DNA of 60,827 bases, the filler included, from Basidioascus undulatus (lineage: Eukaryota), in NCBI GenBank assembly GCA_000826855.1. It is 7 parts of 7 records of this genome, joined end to end, with 100 filler letters (N's around TTAATTAATTAA, not from the genome) between each part and the next. Parts side by side here need not be neighbours in the genome. Positions count along the whole stretch, not along the records: positions 55,210 to 60,827 come from JTLS01001903.1; 6 more parts are not named here. One strand, 5' to 3'. The position numbers were made by a program, and so were the translations under genes. Within the stretch, counting starts at the first letter, position 1. Every line of letters starts with the position of its first letter. The notes beneath the pieces were generated by a model. The model was not told where the DNA came from. It worked only from the letters and a program-made list of their open reading frames with translations, and ran no database searches. Shown piece by piece: positions 59,433 to 60,827 of this stretch.

Positions 59433-60827
59433 CTACGTAGGCTTCCCGAATGCAGCCCGGGCCGCATCAAAGCTGAAGCGACCGGGCGACTGCGGCGTGC
59501 CGTTAGAGTCGAAACGCGCGGACGCGCGCTTGGCAGCGGTGCTCGTTGTGATGGTCGAAGGCGGCGGCGGGTGACCCCACGACTGCCGCACGGAAGCTGC
59601 CCGTGCAGCATCCCGGTCGAGGTTGCCCGACAGTGTCGGTGCCCGCTGCACGCGAGACTTGAGGACGTCGATGTCGCGTTGCAAGCTGATCGACGGCACG
59701 GACTTTATCAGCACAGCGCTTGAAAATACCGTTCAGCACGGGACGCCGTACCGAAGATTGTCCTCCTTGTGCATGGCCAGCTCGCGCTCGTATCTGCGAC
59801 GCTCGAGTTGAAGCGTCGACTCCGAAGTGCGCTGTCGGACAGGTCAAATGTGAGTGTCCCAACGTTAGGCAAGACCACAATCAGCAGAGCGCACCAGCTG
59901 CTCCATCTCGGACCGCATGGCGCCGATCTTGGCGTTGTAGTGCGCGAGGTCCTCCTCAAGCCGAGCGGTCGCGCGAGCTTGCTCTTGCAACCGAGTCTCG
60001 TACTCGCCGCGCGTACGCTCGACAGCGCGGAGCGCGGACTCCTTCTCCTTCGTCAGTTGCGCGAGCTGCTCCTTGACGCGCGAATCCGGAGTCTTGGACG
60101 GCGGTCGAGGCGAGTTGGTCGAGTACGACTTCGTTTCCAGATCGGTAATGCGGATTTGAAGATCCTTGACCTGCTTGTTGAGCGCAACCTGATTGCCACG
60201 GCTATGGTCAGCCTTACTCACGAGATGAGACAGAGCAATACGCACGTTGAGCTGGTCGAGCTCGGTGGCTTCTCTTCGCACGGTGGTGAGCTCGCTTTGT
60301 GCCTCGATCGCGTACGCGTCAGCCTTGCGCTGGCGCTCCATGGCGAGCGTGAGCTGATCGGTGCGCTCTTGAAGCGCGGCGCGAAGGTCTGCCATCGACT
60401 TGCTAAGCCCGGGGCCACACATGCGTCTCAGAATGCTATTGAAAGGCGTACTCTGCTTCTCTTGGTCGAGGGCTTGAAGAACGCGGTCCGACGACAGCTT
60501 GCCTTGGCTGACCGTCAGGTTCTCCTTGCCGATGTCCTCGAGCCTGCGGTCGAGCGCGGCCTTGGACGCCTTGAGGGCGTCGCGCTCGGACTGTGTCTCG
60601 TCGAGAGTCGCGCGAAGGCCGCGCACTTCGGAGAGCAGCTTGACGACGCGGTCTTGGCCGTCGTTCTGAGCCGCCATGGCCGCATCGTACGCGCTCGTGA
60701 GGTCGCGGATCTTGAAGTCGAGACGCTCGCGCTCCTTTTGCCAAGCCGAAGAGCCGTGGCCCTCGTTGTCGAACTGCAGCTGGAGCTCGTCACGTTCGCC
60801 ACGGTAACGGCGGGCCTCCTCGCGGTA
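59433..60827 (-). CDS. MYO1: Type II myosin heavy chain, C-terminal coiled-coil tail
   Basis: Long heptad coiled coil (LLSEVRGLRATLDE, LNKQVKDLQIRITDLETKSY) ending in a non-helical tailpiece, resembling basidiomycete myosin II tails. The motor domain lies outside the window. Confidence 0.7.

Overview
This is a GC-rich, intron-dense eukaryotic sequence from a basidiomycete fungus, judged from its clp1 homologues, a Ste18-type G-gamma, DUF6533-like 7TM remnants and GTGCGT/GTCCGT/GTGAGT splice donors. It is seven separate contigs joined by artificial 100-nt N44-TTAATTAATTAA-N44 spacers: 1-5657, 5758-11412, 11513-37886, 37987-43633, 43734-49371, 49472-55109 and 55210-60827. Adjacency across spacers has no biological meaning. 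Recognisable spliced genes are Dsn1/Mis13, an Mtr-type amino acid permease, a DUF3605 protein, an F-box protein, two tandem clp1 (clampless1) paralogues, SER1, AP-2 mu, two tandem SAM-carrier-like mitochondrial carriers, RPB9, TRM2, an MFS transporter, an AIF/AMID-like oxidoreductase, eIF1/SUI1, FYV7, G-gamma, ATP12, COA6, POL5, a signal-peptide-bearing catalase and a myosin II tail. There is also a CpG-depleted MULE transposase relic and probable pseudogenes. The standout is a circularly permuted tRNA-Thr(CGU) gene on the minus strand at 27699-27782. Its 3' half lies upstream of its 5' half, separated by a 12-nt spacer, with the break at the canonical 37/38 intron site. The flanking leader and trailer pair like a split intron, and a T5 Pol III terminator follows. 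To my knowledge this architecture is known from a few algae and an archaeon but not from fungi. All gene calls come from manual translation and motif recognition without database searches, and exon boundaries are approximate unless stated.
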